Source: a virus
Lineage: Duplodnaviria; Caudoviricetes
Strand: one strand, 5' to 3'
Virus record (IMG/VR): IMGVR_UViG_3300031867_000034
Span: 1-64,000 of that record
DNA length: 64,000 bases
In this document: piece by piece, positions 28,354 through 37,468 of the stretch
Layout: every line of letters starts with the position of its first letter
How positions within the stretch are numbered: the stretch's first letter is position 1
Translations under genes and position numbers: made by a program
The notes under the pieces: model-generated
Database searches by the model: none
Seen by the model: the letters and a program-made list of their open reading frames with translations, nothing else
What the model was told of the DNA's origin: nothing

Positions 28354-28971
28354 ATGAACGTATTTGAAACATTGAATAATGCCAATGTAAATGGGCATAC
28401 AGAAGAGAAAAACGGATTAACATATTTATCATGGGCTTGGGCTTGGGCTGAAGTAAAAAAGGCTTTTCCGGAGGCAAATTACACTATTGAGAAATTCAAT
28501 GGATTACCATATGTGTATGATGAAAACACCGGTTACATGGTTTATACAACAGTAACCATTGAGGGCATCACGCATGAAATGTGGTTGCCGGTTATGGATG
28601 GAGCCAACAAGGCTATGAAAGCAAAGCCATATACTTACACTGTAAAAAGGTATGGAAAAGAAGAAGCAAAAACAGTTGCCGCCGCAACAATGTTTGATGT
28701 AAACAAAGCCATTATGCGGTGCCTTGTAAAGAATCTTGCCATGTTTGGGCTTGGGCTTTATATATATGCCGGAGAAGATTTGCCGGAAGTGGAACAGAAT
28801 GCAAATCAAATGGCATATCCTTCCAAGGATGAAATGCTTAAAGAAGTATCAAAGAGTTATCCGGAAGGTTCCAAAAACCTTGCCGCCCTTCTTGGAACTT
28901 TTGGTGTGGATTCTTTGGATAAAGCAACTGATGAAATGTTAATGGCGGCATATAACAAGGTACATAAATAA
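28354..28971 (+). CDS. Sak-like single-strand annealing protein (DUF1071 / Rad52-like)
   Basis: KNGLTYLSWAWAW, MWLPVMD, RCLVKNLAMFGLGLYIYAGEDLP motifs. Confidence 0.88.
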   Translation: MNVFETLNNANVNGHTEEKNGLTYLSWAWAWAEVKKAFPEANYTIEKFNGLPYVYDENTGYMVYTTVTIEGITHEMWLPVMDGANKAMKAKPYTYTVKRYGKEEAKTVAAATMFDVNKAIMRCLVKNLAMFGLGLYIYAGEDLPEVEQNANQMAYPSKDEMLKEVSKSYPEGSKNLAALLGTFGVDSLDKATDEMLMAAYNKVHK

Positions 28972-29501
28972 TGGAAAAGATAACCGGAACCGCGCTTGAT
29001 ATAGTCACATTCTTAATGGGTGATAATGCTGATAAGAAGGCATTGTATGATTTATCCTTACATGAAGAAAAAAAGAAACGCTCTTTGGATTCTAACGCAT
29101 ATTTTCATGTGCTTGTTGCTAAATTAGCACAAGCACAGAATCCGCCCATAAGCAAAGCCAGGTGCAAAAATATGATGATTGCCGATTATGGGCAAGAAGA
29201 ATATATTGATGGGCAAATAGTAGTGCTTAAAAGCAATCTTCCGCCGGAAAAAATGTGCAATGTGGAATATTTGCATACATCATGTGTGAAGATTACGGAA
29301 GAAAATGGCAAGGAAGTGTACTTTTACAAGGTGTATCGAGGCACCCACACTTATGATACAAAGGAAATGGCAAAGCTGATTGATGGAACCATCCAGGAAT
29401 GTAAAAATGTGGGAATTGAAACAGCCACACCCAAACAGATTGAAGAAATGCAGAGGCTTTGGGAGCAACATTATTTGAATAAAAAGGAGAATAACAAATG
29501 A
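28971..29501 (+). CDS. NinB/Orf-like recombination protein
   Basis: RSLDSNAYFH and THTYDTKEMAKLIDG motifs. Confidence 0.7.
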   Translation: MEKITGTALDIVTFLMGDNADKKALYDLSLHEEKKKRSLDSNAYFHVLVAKLAQAQNPPISKARCKNMMIADYGQEEYIDGQIVVLKSNLPPEKMCNVEYLHTSCVKITEENGKEVYFYKVYRGTHTYDTKEMAKLIDGTIQECKNVGIETATPKQIEEMQRLWEQHYLNKKENNK

Positions 29502-29965
29502 ATTTGTACGAGATTGAAGATGCTATTTTGGATTGTGTTGATACAGAAACCGGAGATATTCTTGATGTTGAAAGATTGGATGCCCTGGAAATGGAGCGCA
29601 ATGCCAAGATTTCCAATATTGCATGTTGGATTAAGGATTTAAGAAGTGATGCCGCCGCTATCAAGACGGAAAAAGATGCTTTGGATAAGCGTATGAAGGC
29701 TAAAGATAATTTGGCGGATAGATTATCAAGTTATCTTGAAAACTTCCTAAATGGGGCAAAATTTGAAGATTCTAGGTGTGCTATATCATACCGCAAGAGT
29801 GAATCAACAGAGATTGCGGAAGATTTGGATTTAAATACATTGCCGGATGATTGCAAGAAAATCACAGTAACCGCCAACAAAACAGCAATTAAAACCGCTT
29901 TAAAGAGTGGTGTGGTAATTGATGGATGCGCCCTTGTTGTAAAGAACAATATTCAAATCAAATGA
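29498..29965 (+). CDS. Siphovirus Gp157-family protein
   Basis: MNLYEI, K..NIACWIK, ISYRKS, NKTAIK.ALK.G motifs. Confidence 0.85.
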   Translation: MNLYEIEDAILDCVDTETGDILDVERLDALEMERNAKISNIACWIKDLRSDAAAIKTEKDALDKRMKAKDNLADRLSSYLENFLNGAKFEDSRCAISYRKSESTEIAEDLDLNTLPDDCKKITVTANKTAIKTALKSGVVIDGCALVVKNNIQIK

Positions 29966-30249
29966 AAAGCATAATAACCGATGATGATAGGTGCTTTATA
30001 CACCGAATTTATTTATGTATAGATATTCCAGGAACAGAAGAACATCATTGCATACATGGCTTTGCTAATAGAAAATTGGCAGATGAAGATGGTTTAACAG
30101 TTAAATTGTGCCATACATGCCACCGGTTATTGCATGATAAAGGGTATCACGATAAGGATTTACAAAGATGGGCGCAAGAATCTTGGATGGAACATTATGG
30201 GAAAACCATAGATGATTTCATAAAAAGATATGGCAAATCATATCTATAA
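29962..30249 (+). CDS. Small HNH-like zinc-binding nuclease
   Basis: EEHHC...NRK...LCHTCH..LH motif. Confidence 0.65.
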   Translation: MKSIITDDDRCFIHRIYLCIDIPGTEEHHCIHGFANRKLADEDGLTVKLCHTCHRLLHDKGYHDKDLQRWAQESWMEHYGKTIDDFIKRYGKSYL

Positions 30250-30428
30250 CGTAACTACTCTTTGAGGTAAGGAATTTATCACAGAATCAGACCAAATGAG
30301 AGCCAATAAAATCCGGGTGATGCAAGTTGCCGGCAAGTTAGAAAACCGACTTATTTTGGGCACAGTTGCAAAAATCACCAAAATATAATTTACCTTGGCA
30401 ACTTAATTCATCCGGTGGAAGGAGGGAT

Positions 30429-30827
30429 ATGCATATTACAATTCCACTTGCGCCGATTAGCAAAAAGAATCACTCTCGCATTATTTGGAATAAGGCAACA
30501 AAAAAGCCAATGATTATTCCATCAAAGCAATATAAGGATTATGAAAAGGCATGTGCGGAATATATACCAAATGTGCCTTTTAATACATATGATTGCCCGG
30601 TTAATGTATGTTGTATATTTTATATGCCAACACGGCGCAAAGTTGATATTTCCAACTTATTAAATGCTATTCTTGATTTATTAGTACATTATGGTGTAAT
30701 ATTGGATGATAACAGAAATATAGTTTATTCGGTTGATGGTTCAAGGGTTTTGTATGACAAAAACTTTCCGAGAACCGAAATTGAAATAACAGAAATCGAG
30801 GATGCGGAAATATGGGTAAAAAAATAG
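30429..30827 (+). CDS. rusA: RusA-family Holliday junction resolvase
   Basis: RKVDISNL..AILDLLV...ILDDN motif. Confidence 0.88.
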   Translation: MHITIPLAPISKKNHSRIIWNKATKKPMIIPSKQYKDYEKACAEYIPNVPFNTYDCPVNVCCIFYMPTRRKVDISNLLNAILDLLVHYGVILDDNRNIVYSVDGSRVLYDKNFPRTEIEITEIEDAEIWVKK

Positions 30828-31477
30828 ACCTAACAGGGCAAAGATTTGGTAGGCTTGTTGTTATTGAAGAATCAGAACTTCGTAATAGTAGCGGTAATGT
30901 AAAGTGGAAATGTAAATGTGATTGTGGGAATATTACTTTTTCAAATGGGTATGATTTAAGAAAAGGTGTTGCGCAATCATGCGGATGTTATAATAGAGAT
31001 TTGGTAAAAAAAGATAATCCAAAATATAAAAGACCATTATATTATATTTATCATTCAATGAAATGTAGGTGTTACAATCCAAATGATAGAGCATTCCATA
31101 ATTATGGAGCAAGGGGAATAAAAATTAGTGATAAGTGGAATACATATGAAAAGTTTGAAGAATGGGCATTAGACAAAGGATATAAAAAAGGCTTATGGCT
31201 AGATAGAATTAATAACGATTTGGATTATTCGCCGGATAATTGTAGATGGGCAACACCTAAAGAACAGCAAAACAACAAGCGAACTAATCATTATATAACA
31301 ATTAACAACGATACAAAAACGATACAAGAATGGGCTGAAATATCCGGAATAAAACCCATGACAATAACAAGAAGAATTGAATTGGGATGGAAAAATGAAG
31401 ATTTATTAAAACCGGTAAATGCCAGGTATAGCCATCCTTTAGAAATAAAAAGAGCAATGAAGAGTTGTAAATTATAA
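30812..31477 (+). CDS. HNH homing endonuclease
   Basis: DLTGQRFGRLVV, CKCDCG, SCGC, YGARGI, LDRINND..YSPDNCRW motifs. Confidence 0.88.
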   Translation: MGKKIDLTGQRFGRLVVIEESELRNSSGNVKWKCKCDCGNITFSNGYDLRKGVAQSCGCYNRDLVKKDNPKYKRPLYYIYHSMKCRCYNPNDRAFHNYGARGIKISDKWNTYEKFEEWALDKGYKKGLWLDRINNDLDYSPDNCRWATPKEQQNNKRTNHYITINNDTKTIQEWAEISGIKPMTITRRIELGWKNEDLLKPVNARYSHPLEIKRAMKSCKL

Positions 31478-31652
31478 ACTAATCATTTATAATGTGATAT
31501 GTGATTGGGTAAATCATGTGCATATGCCTTGTTTGGTACTCGCACTACCGGCAAGGAGTAGAGAACTAAACAAGGCGATTAAAAGCCACTAGGATGCAAT
31601 GTGCGAGATTGCATCTTGGTGGTTTTTTATTACCAGTTGGAGAAATGGGGAA

Positions 31653-32438
31653 ATGGCAATTTATAGAAATGTGCAAATGGCTTTTTGGAATGATACAAAA
31701 ATTGCTGATGATTTCACAGCAAAAGAAAAATATTTGTATTTGTATTTGCTAACCAATCCACATTCAAATCTATGTGGATGCTATGAAATAAGCATTAGCC
31801 AAATGGCATTGGAAACAGCAATAGAGAAAAAAGAGATTCCGGAACTTATTTCCAGGTTACAAGATGCGCACAAAGTAATTCTTTTTTCTAAAGATACAAA
31901 AGAGGTTCTTTTATTAAATCATCATAAGTACAATTGGACTTCTTCAGAGAAATTTAGAAAACCATTAGAAAAAGAAATCAATAGTGTAAAAAATGAAGGT
32001 TTTAAGGCTTATCTATTGGATTTATTTAATGGTATTGATACTGTATCTATACCGTATCAATATGGTAGCGATACAACTGTTTCTGTTTCTGATACTGTTA
32101 CTGATACTGTTTCTGATACTGAAAAAGAGAAAAAGCCAAAAAAGCAAACTGAACCTAAAGAATCTTATGGCGCACTTGGAAATGTAAAATTGACGATTAA
32201 GCAATATGAAAAATTGATTGCTGATTATGGTTATGAACTTACTGAAAAAGCCATTGTTTTTTTGGATGGTTATATAGCGGATAAAAAATACAAATCATCG
32301 GATAACAACCAAGCATTGCGCCGGTGGGTGTTTGATGCTGTTAAGGAGCAAGAACAGAAAAGAGCCAGGATTGCCGGAAATAATAAGCAATCAAATTATG
32401 ATGATGCCATGCAAAGATTTTTGGCAAAAGGAGATTAA
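31653..32438 (+). CDS. Replication initiator (replisome organiser-like)
   Basis: F..D.K....KYLYLYLLTN N-terminal wHTH; internal GATACTGT iterons. Confidence 0.8.
   Translation: MAIYRNVQMAFWNDTKIADDFTAKEKYLYLYLLTNPHSNLCGCYEISISQMALETAIEKKEIPELISRLQDAHKVILFSKDTKEVLLLNHHKYNWTSSEKFRKPLEKEINSVKNEGFKAYLLDLFNGIDTVSIPYQYGSDTTVSVSDTVTDTVSDTEKEKKPKKQTEPKESYGALGNVKLTIKQYEKLIADYGYELTEKAIVFLDGYIADKKYKSSDNNQALRRWVFDAVKEQEQKRARIAGNNKQSNYDDAMQRFLAKGD
32037..32122 (+). repeat. Candidate origin iterons (GATACTGT, 12-bp spacing)
   Basis: Copies at 32037, 32091, 32103 and 32115, plus a variant at 32070. Confidence 0.65.
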
Positions 32439-32440
32439 GG

Positions 32441-33004
32441 ATGCAAAGAGAAGAGATTGCAAGTGTGCTTAATGTAATCCGTGATACATATGATGTGAAC
32501 TTTACGGAACTAACCATGGAAGTTTGGTTTAATGCTCTAAAAGAATTTGATTTTGAGGATGTAAAAAAGGCAACCTTCCAATATATCCGCACCGGAAAGT
32601 TTAAGCCAAAACCGGCAGATATTATAGAGTTGATTGTTGAGAATAAAGCCCCACAGATGCCGGAAGAAATGAGCGCACAAGAGGCATGGTCTTTAGTATA
32701 TAAGGCAATATGCAATAGTGCATATAATTCCATCCAAGAGTATGAGAAGTTGCCGGAAATGGCAAAAAAAGCCATTGGAAGTGCTGATAATCTAAGGAGC
32801 CATGCAATTGATGCGGATTTCAATATGGGTGTGGCACAAAGCCAATTTATAAAGGCGTACAACACTTTATTGGAGCGCAAGAAAAATGATTATGCCATGA
32901 GGCTTGAAGCTGTTAAGCGTGGTGATTTGTCTATTGAGCAATTAACCCAGGGTGTTATTGAGAAAATGGAAAATAAATTATTGTTAGAAGAAAATATAAA
33001 ATAA
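32441..33004 (+). CDS. Helicase loader/inhibitor-like protein
   Basis: W..AL.......V..A...YI..GKF.PKPADI motif; follows the initiator. Confidence 0.65.
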   Translation: MQREEIASVLNVIRDTYDVNFTELTMEVWFNALKEFDFEDVKKATFQYIRTGKFKPKPADIIELIVENKAPQMPEEMSAQEAWSLVYKAICNSAYNSIQEYEKLPEMAKKAIGSADNLRSHAIDADFNMGVAQSQFIKAYNTLLERKKNDYAMRLEAVKRGDLSIEQLTQGVIEKMENKLLLEENIK

Positions 33005-33007
33005 GTG

Positions 33008-33036
33008 TTGACAATCCTATAAATAAAGTTTATTAT
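33008..33036 (+). promoter_or_regulatory. Early sigma-A promoter P2
   Basis: TTGACA-17-TATTAT; shares TTGACAATCCTATAAA with P1. Confidence 0.8.
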
Positions 33037-33801
33037 AATATCAACAAGTAATTTATAGGAGGTATAAACATGGAACTTTTAGAATTATGGGATTTATCAA
33101 GAGTACCGCTTTTTGATATGGATGCACCTGGATTTTATGAATTGGCAAGGCTTGAAGCATTTGATAAGGATATATGCAAGATTCCGGGATATATGCCAAT
33201 TGAAACAGTTTTAAAGTATAAGGATGCAGAGGTTGAAGAAATTTCATGGCATAATTGCGGCATAGCGGTTAGATTTTACAAGGGTGATGAAGATGAAGCA
33301 TAACATGATTAAAAGGGGCATTACAATCAAAAATAAAAAGGGATTATACATTGTTGCTGATGTCGATACAATAGATGGCTTTGCCATCATCCGAGAGATT
33401 ATGAGAAATAAAAAGGGTGAGATATTTTATGGCAAGAATATCTTCATAGGCTTAAAGCAATTGGATGATTATGTGGTTGTATAAGGAGGGCGAAAATGTT
33501 TGATAAGCAAGAAAAATTAGTGGAGTTTTTTGAAAAGCATGGCATTGAATGCAAATGGATAAACCATGATAAGTACGGATTCAGCCGGCGTTTAATATTC
33601 ACGGCAAAAGATGCGGTATGTGAAATTGAGTGGTTTACCAATTATTCAACAATAATCCTGGATGGTGTGGCACATTATTGGTTCGATAAGATTGATGATT
33701 CAAACACATATCCATGTGAAGGTGATTGGCTTGAATTTAAATTTGGCAATGAAGAGCATGGGTTACATGTAAGGGTTAAATAAAATCCGGAGGGCGGAGA
33801 A

Positions 33802-34368
33802 GTGAAAAGAGTTTTGGCATGGGGAATAATTTTTGCATATTTGGCTTTTTTAGGCGTTTTAATTTATCCGGCGGTAAATTCTTCAACAGAAATAAAAGAA
33901 GTGAATTTTGAGCCGATAGAAAAGCAAATCGAGCCATCCAAAGAGATAAACGCACAAGAGATTATGGATGAACTTGTTACGGAATCCCAGGAAGAGCGGA
34001 TAAAGGGATTTGAGATTACATACGATGAAGCCCAAATGTTAATGAAGATTGCAATGGCTGAAGCGGAAAGTGATGGCATCCAAGGCAAAGCAATGGTAAT
34101 GGCGGTTGTTCTTAATAGGGTGGAAGATGATAGATTCCCGGATAGCATTGAAGAAGTAATATTCCAGGAACATCAATTTTCACCAATATCCGATGGAAGA
34201 TATGCAGAGGCACAACCGGATGTGGAGTGCCACTTGGCTTTGGCTGAAATTGAGCGAGGCGAATATGATACAGTTGATGCCTTATATTTTGAGAATGCGG
34301 AAGAAAGTTGGCAATCAAAGAATTGCGAATATCTTGGAACTGTTGGGCATCACCGGTTCTATAAGTGA
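33802..34368 (+). CDS. SleB-like cell wall hydrolase (Hydrolase_2) with N-terminal TM
   Basis: AEAES, VVLNRV...FPDSIEEVIFQEHQFSP, ALYF, GHHRFY motifs. Confidence 0.88.
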   Translation: MKRVLAWGIIFAYLAFLGVLIYPAVNSSTEIKEVNFEPIEKQIEPSKEINAQEIMDELVTESQEERIKGFEITYDEAQMLMKIAMAEAESDGIQGKAMVMAVVLNRVEDDRFPDSIEEVIFQEHQFSPISDGRYAEAQPDVECHLALAEIERGEYDTVDALYFENAEESWQSKNCEYLGTVGHHRFYK

Positions 34369-35044
34369 GGCAGAATATGAAATGCAATAAAGATTGTTTT
34401 AATTGCACATATAAAGATTGTGAATGGGATGAAAGCAAACTAAAAGACCGGAGCCAATACCACCATGACCGGTATATGAAAAAGAAACTTGGAACATGGA
34501 ATAACACATGCCGGTTTTGTGGAAAAGTTGTTAAAGGTGAAATGATTAGGATTCACAGCAAGAATTATTGCTCAATGGATTGTGTTTTATGCCATTTGTA
34601 TGAAATAAATGAGCGGTATATGAGAATTGTTAATGTATGAACTACCATCACCGAAAACATCGGAAATGATTTCTACAATACCTTGCGGTATAGTAAGGCA
34701 CATTCACAGTGCCGCTACTCCGTTGGGCAAAACCCTTCGGCATACTTGAAAATGTTATTTGATGCGCTTGCGGCGCTTGGGAACTAACACCTTGTATATT
34801 TTACGTGCTATAGGTTCTTGGTTTTTTAGATTCATGGCACAACTCCATATATACAGTTTTCAAGGTTCCAATTATGTTATTCTAACACGAACAATTGTTT
34901 GCGTAAAGCTGAATTTTATAATGCTAAAATGCCGCCGGCGGCTTTTGGTCCATCCGGATAGATACTAAAAAATAAGAAAGGAGAATCTCCCTTCAATTTG
35001 ATAGTGTAAAACCACTATCCGGATGGAAAATATAAAAGGTTGGA

Positions 35045-35107
35045 GTGAAAATAATTTATTTAATATTATTGGGGATTTTGATTTGGCTTTATAGCCGGGA
35101 TTATTAG
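35045..35107 (+). CDS. 20-aa hydrophobic peptide (candidate)
   Basis: GTG start, MKIIYLILLGILIWLYSRDY; purine-rich AAAGGTTGGA upstream. Confidence 0.35.
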   Translation: MKIIYLILLGILIWLYSRDY

Positions 35108-35117
35108 GAGGATTCTA

Positions 35118-35738
35118 ATGGGAATGACAAGAGAACAGATATTAGAGATTCTTGAAAACTATAAATTGCGCATACCGCCAACAGTTTTCTATGAATTAAA
35201 GGCAGATATTGTGAATTTTGAAGAGCCAACTACTAAGAATAATTTAGCGGTTGATTGTATGTCAAGCAAGATTGCAAAAGAAATGAATCTTGAAGTTGCA
35301 AACATGAAGAAAATTGTGCAAGCCTTATCCTCAGTAACGTCAACAAATAGAGAGTGCGTTGATTGTATATCAAGGGCAGATGCTTTGCGTGTGGCTAAAA
35401 ATGAATATTTAAGAGGTTGGCATAATGCACTTTGCAAGGCATTGAGTGAAAAATATTCAATTCATTGTGAAGAAGGCAATTTTAGCGTAATACAAGAAGA
35501 AACTATAACAGGGTTAGGACTATCAATGAATTGTGCATTAGGTAAAGATGCTGAAAGCTATATGAGCACTATGCCCTCAGTAACACCACAAGAGCCAAAG
35601 ACAAGGCATTGGATAAAAATCAAACCATATCCTTTACAGATGCACAACTACGAATGTAGTGAGTGTGGTCATGAAACAGATGATAATACAGAAAACTATT
35701 GTAGCGAATGCGGGGCAAAAATGGAAAGCGAGGGATAA
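35118..35738 (+). CDS. Multi-module mosaic protein with C-terminal Zn ribbon
   Basis: Internal repeated VDC(M/I)S and SVT linkers; CSECG..YCSECGAKME. Confidence 0.75.
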   Translation: MGMTREQILEILENYKLRIPPTVFYELKADIVNFEEPTTKNNLAVDCMSSKIAKEMNLEVANMKKIVQALSSVTSTNRECVDCISRADALRVAKNEYLRGWHNALCKALSEKYSIHCEEGNFSVIQEETITGLGLSMNCALGKDAESYMSTMPSVTPQEPKTRHWIKIKPYPLQMHNYECSECGHETDDNTENYCSECGAKMESEG

Positions 35739-36038
35739 ATATGGCAACATATGAAATCACAGCAGAATTGAATCTGAAAAAGATTATTGCAGAATCAAGG
35801 GAAGTTGCACAAGCCTTAAATGAGTTTGCGGATAATCTTGAACGGATTGAAAAGAAGTATGCAAAGCCACAGGAAAGTGAGGCAGACAATGGGAATAACA
35901 ATCAACATAACTGAGGGCATCAACGACTATGAATTTTATAATGTGCCGAAAAAAGTAGCAAAAGCAATAATTACACTTCTACATGAGTGTGAGAAGGAAG
36001 ATAGCACTATTGTTTCAGCTATCAGTGAGAGGTAGAAG

Positions 36039-36281
36039 ATGAAAATGACGATTGAAGAAAGTCTTGAATGGCTTATATCAAGAAAAGAACACTATGAAAT
36101 GGATGATAATTGTCAAGAATTAGCGAAAGCCTTAGATATAGCTATAGATACCATGCGTAAGTATCAGAAGATAAGAGAAATAGCTTTTCCATTACAGTTT
36201 TGTTCAACAGACAAACTTGAGCATGAAGCTATTATGAAAATATGTGAGGTATTAGAAGATGGGAATAGTAATTGCACATAG
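36039..36281 (+). CDS. Mosaic-array hypothetical protein
   Basis: MRKYQKI and EVLEDGN linkers. Confidence 0.7.
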   Translation: MKMTIEESLEWLISRKEHYEMDDNCQELAKALDIAIDTMRKYQKIREIAFPLQFCSTDKLEHEAIMKICEVLEDGNSNCT

Positions 36282-36346
36282 GCGTTGTCCTAAATGTGGT
36301 TGTAAATGTTTTAGAAATATGAATAGGTGTTGGCATTGTGGATATA

Positions 36347-36473
36347 AGTTTAGACGAGGGGAATGAAAGATGGGAATGTCGATTGAGAAAGCAATAGAGA
36401 TAATAAACCATTATTTAGATTATCCCAAAGAAGAAGTAAGAAAAGCCTTATTAGTAGCAATAGAAATCATGCG
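36347..36473 (+). repeat. Exact 127-bp direct repeat, copy 2
   Basis: Identical to 1-127. Confidence 0.97.
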
Positions 36474-36585
36474 CAAGTATCAGAAGATAGTCGATATAGT
36501 TTCCTTGAATGATGAAGAATTTAAACAATGTGGGTTAAAGGAATTAAAGGAAATATTGGAGGTTATAGCTGATGGTAGGAATTAA
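36370..36585 (+). CDS. Mosaic-array protein sharing its N-terminal half with ORF 24-260
   Basis: Identical up to MRKYQKI, then unrelated. Confidence 0.7.
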   Translation: MGMSIEKAIEIINHYLDYPKEEVRKALLVAIEIMRKYQKIVDIVSLNDEEFKQCGLKELKEILEVIADGRN

Positions 36586-36916
36586 AAACTTTGTAATGCC
36601 ATATAATTGCTATGATTGTGACCTACACAATTATCATGAGTGTGATTTTACAGGAGAGTCAATAGAAGAGGATTATTGTTGGAACGGAGATAGCAGAGAA
36701 AAGCATTGTCCTCTTAGAGAAGTAGAAGCAATTCCAAAAGACCAATACGAAGCAAGATTAAAGGCTGATATGGTGGCTATGCTTACAGAGTTACAGTTGG
36801 AGATTGAGGAATTAGATACACCGAATAATGGTAGTGCCTATATGGATTGTTCAGAGATTATCCAACAGAAAATAGACAGTTTGAAAGGGGCAGACAATGA
36901 CAGTAAAAGATCTTAA
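36572..36916 (+). CDS. Mosaic-array protein sharing its C-terminal module with ORF 653-1036
   Basis: CYDC...HCPL N-terminus plus RLKADMVAMLTELQLEIE. Confidence 0.7.
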   Translation: MVGIKNFVMPYNCYDCDLHNYHECDFTGESIEEDYCWNGDSREKHCPLREVEAIPKDQYEARLKADMVAMLTELQLEIEELDTPNNGSAYMDCSEIIQQKIDSLKGADNDSKRS

Positions 36917-37112
36917 AGAGCAGTTAAACAATTATCCTGATAATTTGGAAGTAATACTCACAAATGATGATGTTTTTCTGCCAGGGTTATACAAGGCAAC
37001 CGAAACAAGGCAAGAAGACGGATATTTGTATATTGATACGGATTTTGAAGAGAGGATTTAACATGAAGCATTAAATTTGTCCAGGAAGTCCGACTTCCGG
37101 TTAAAAAAAATA

Positions 37113-37141
37113 AAAAGCCCTTGGGAGCTATCTCTCAAGGG
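37113..37141. terminator. Bidirectional terminator at the convergence of the rightward array and leftward early operon
   Basis: AAAAG-CCCTTG-N12-CAAGGG-T. Confidence 0.7.
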
Positions 37142-37162
37142 TATTATTTTTGTCCTATTAAG

Positions 37163-37468
37163 TTAATCAATCCATCCAGAGTATTCTAAAACTGTTATTT
37201 GATCGTCTGTTATAGTTTCCGGTGTTCCTGAGTTATACATGATTGCTGCAGCTATATCGTTTATTTGCCAGTCTTCGCAGCCTTGCCAGGTGTAAACCAT
37301 GCCGGTGAACGTCTCAAGATAAACAATGTCATTTGTCCGGTCAATGTCCGTCACTATAAAAGTTTGTGGATATATTGAATCTTCGCCGCTTCTCTTGGCT
37401 TTTACTGTGGTGCTTGTCATAACTAAAATGCTGCTAAGTACTAACAATGCAAATATTATTCTTTTCAT
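37163..37468 (-). CDS. Secreted/membrane-anchored small protein
   Basis: N-terminal signal-like hydrophobic stretch; RBS GGAGG. Confidence 0.7.
   Translation of the reverse strand: MKRIIFALLVLSSILVMTSTTVKAKRSGEDSIYPQTFIVTDIDRTNDIVYLETFTGMVYTWQGCEDWQINDIAAAIMYNSGTPETITDDQITVLEYSGWID

Larger units (their letters stand above)
1..36346 (+). mobile_element. Phage A: apparently complete siphovirus genome (circularly permuted, no integrase seen)
   Basis: Full co-directional head, tail, lysis and replication gene set; bounded by the exact 127-bp repeat at 1-127 and 36347-36473. Confidence 0.85.
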
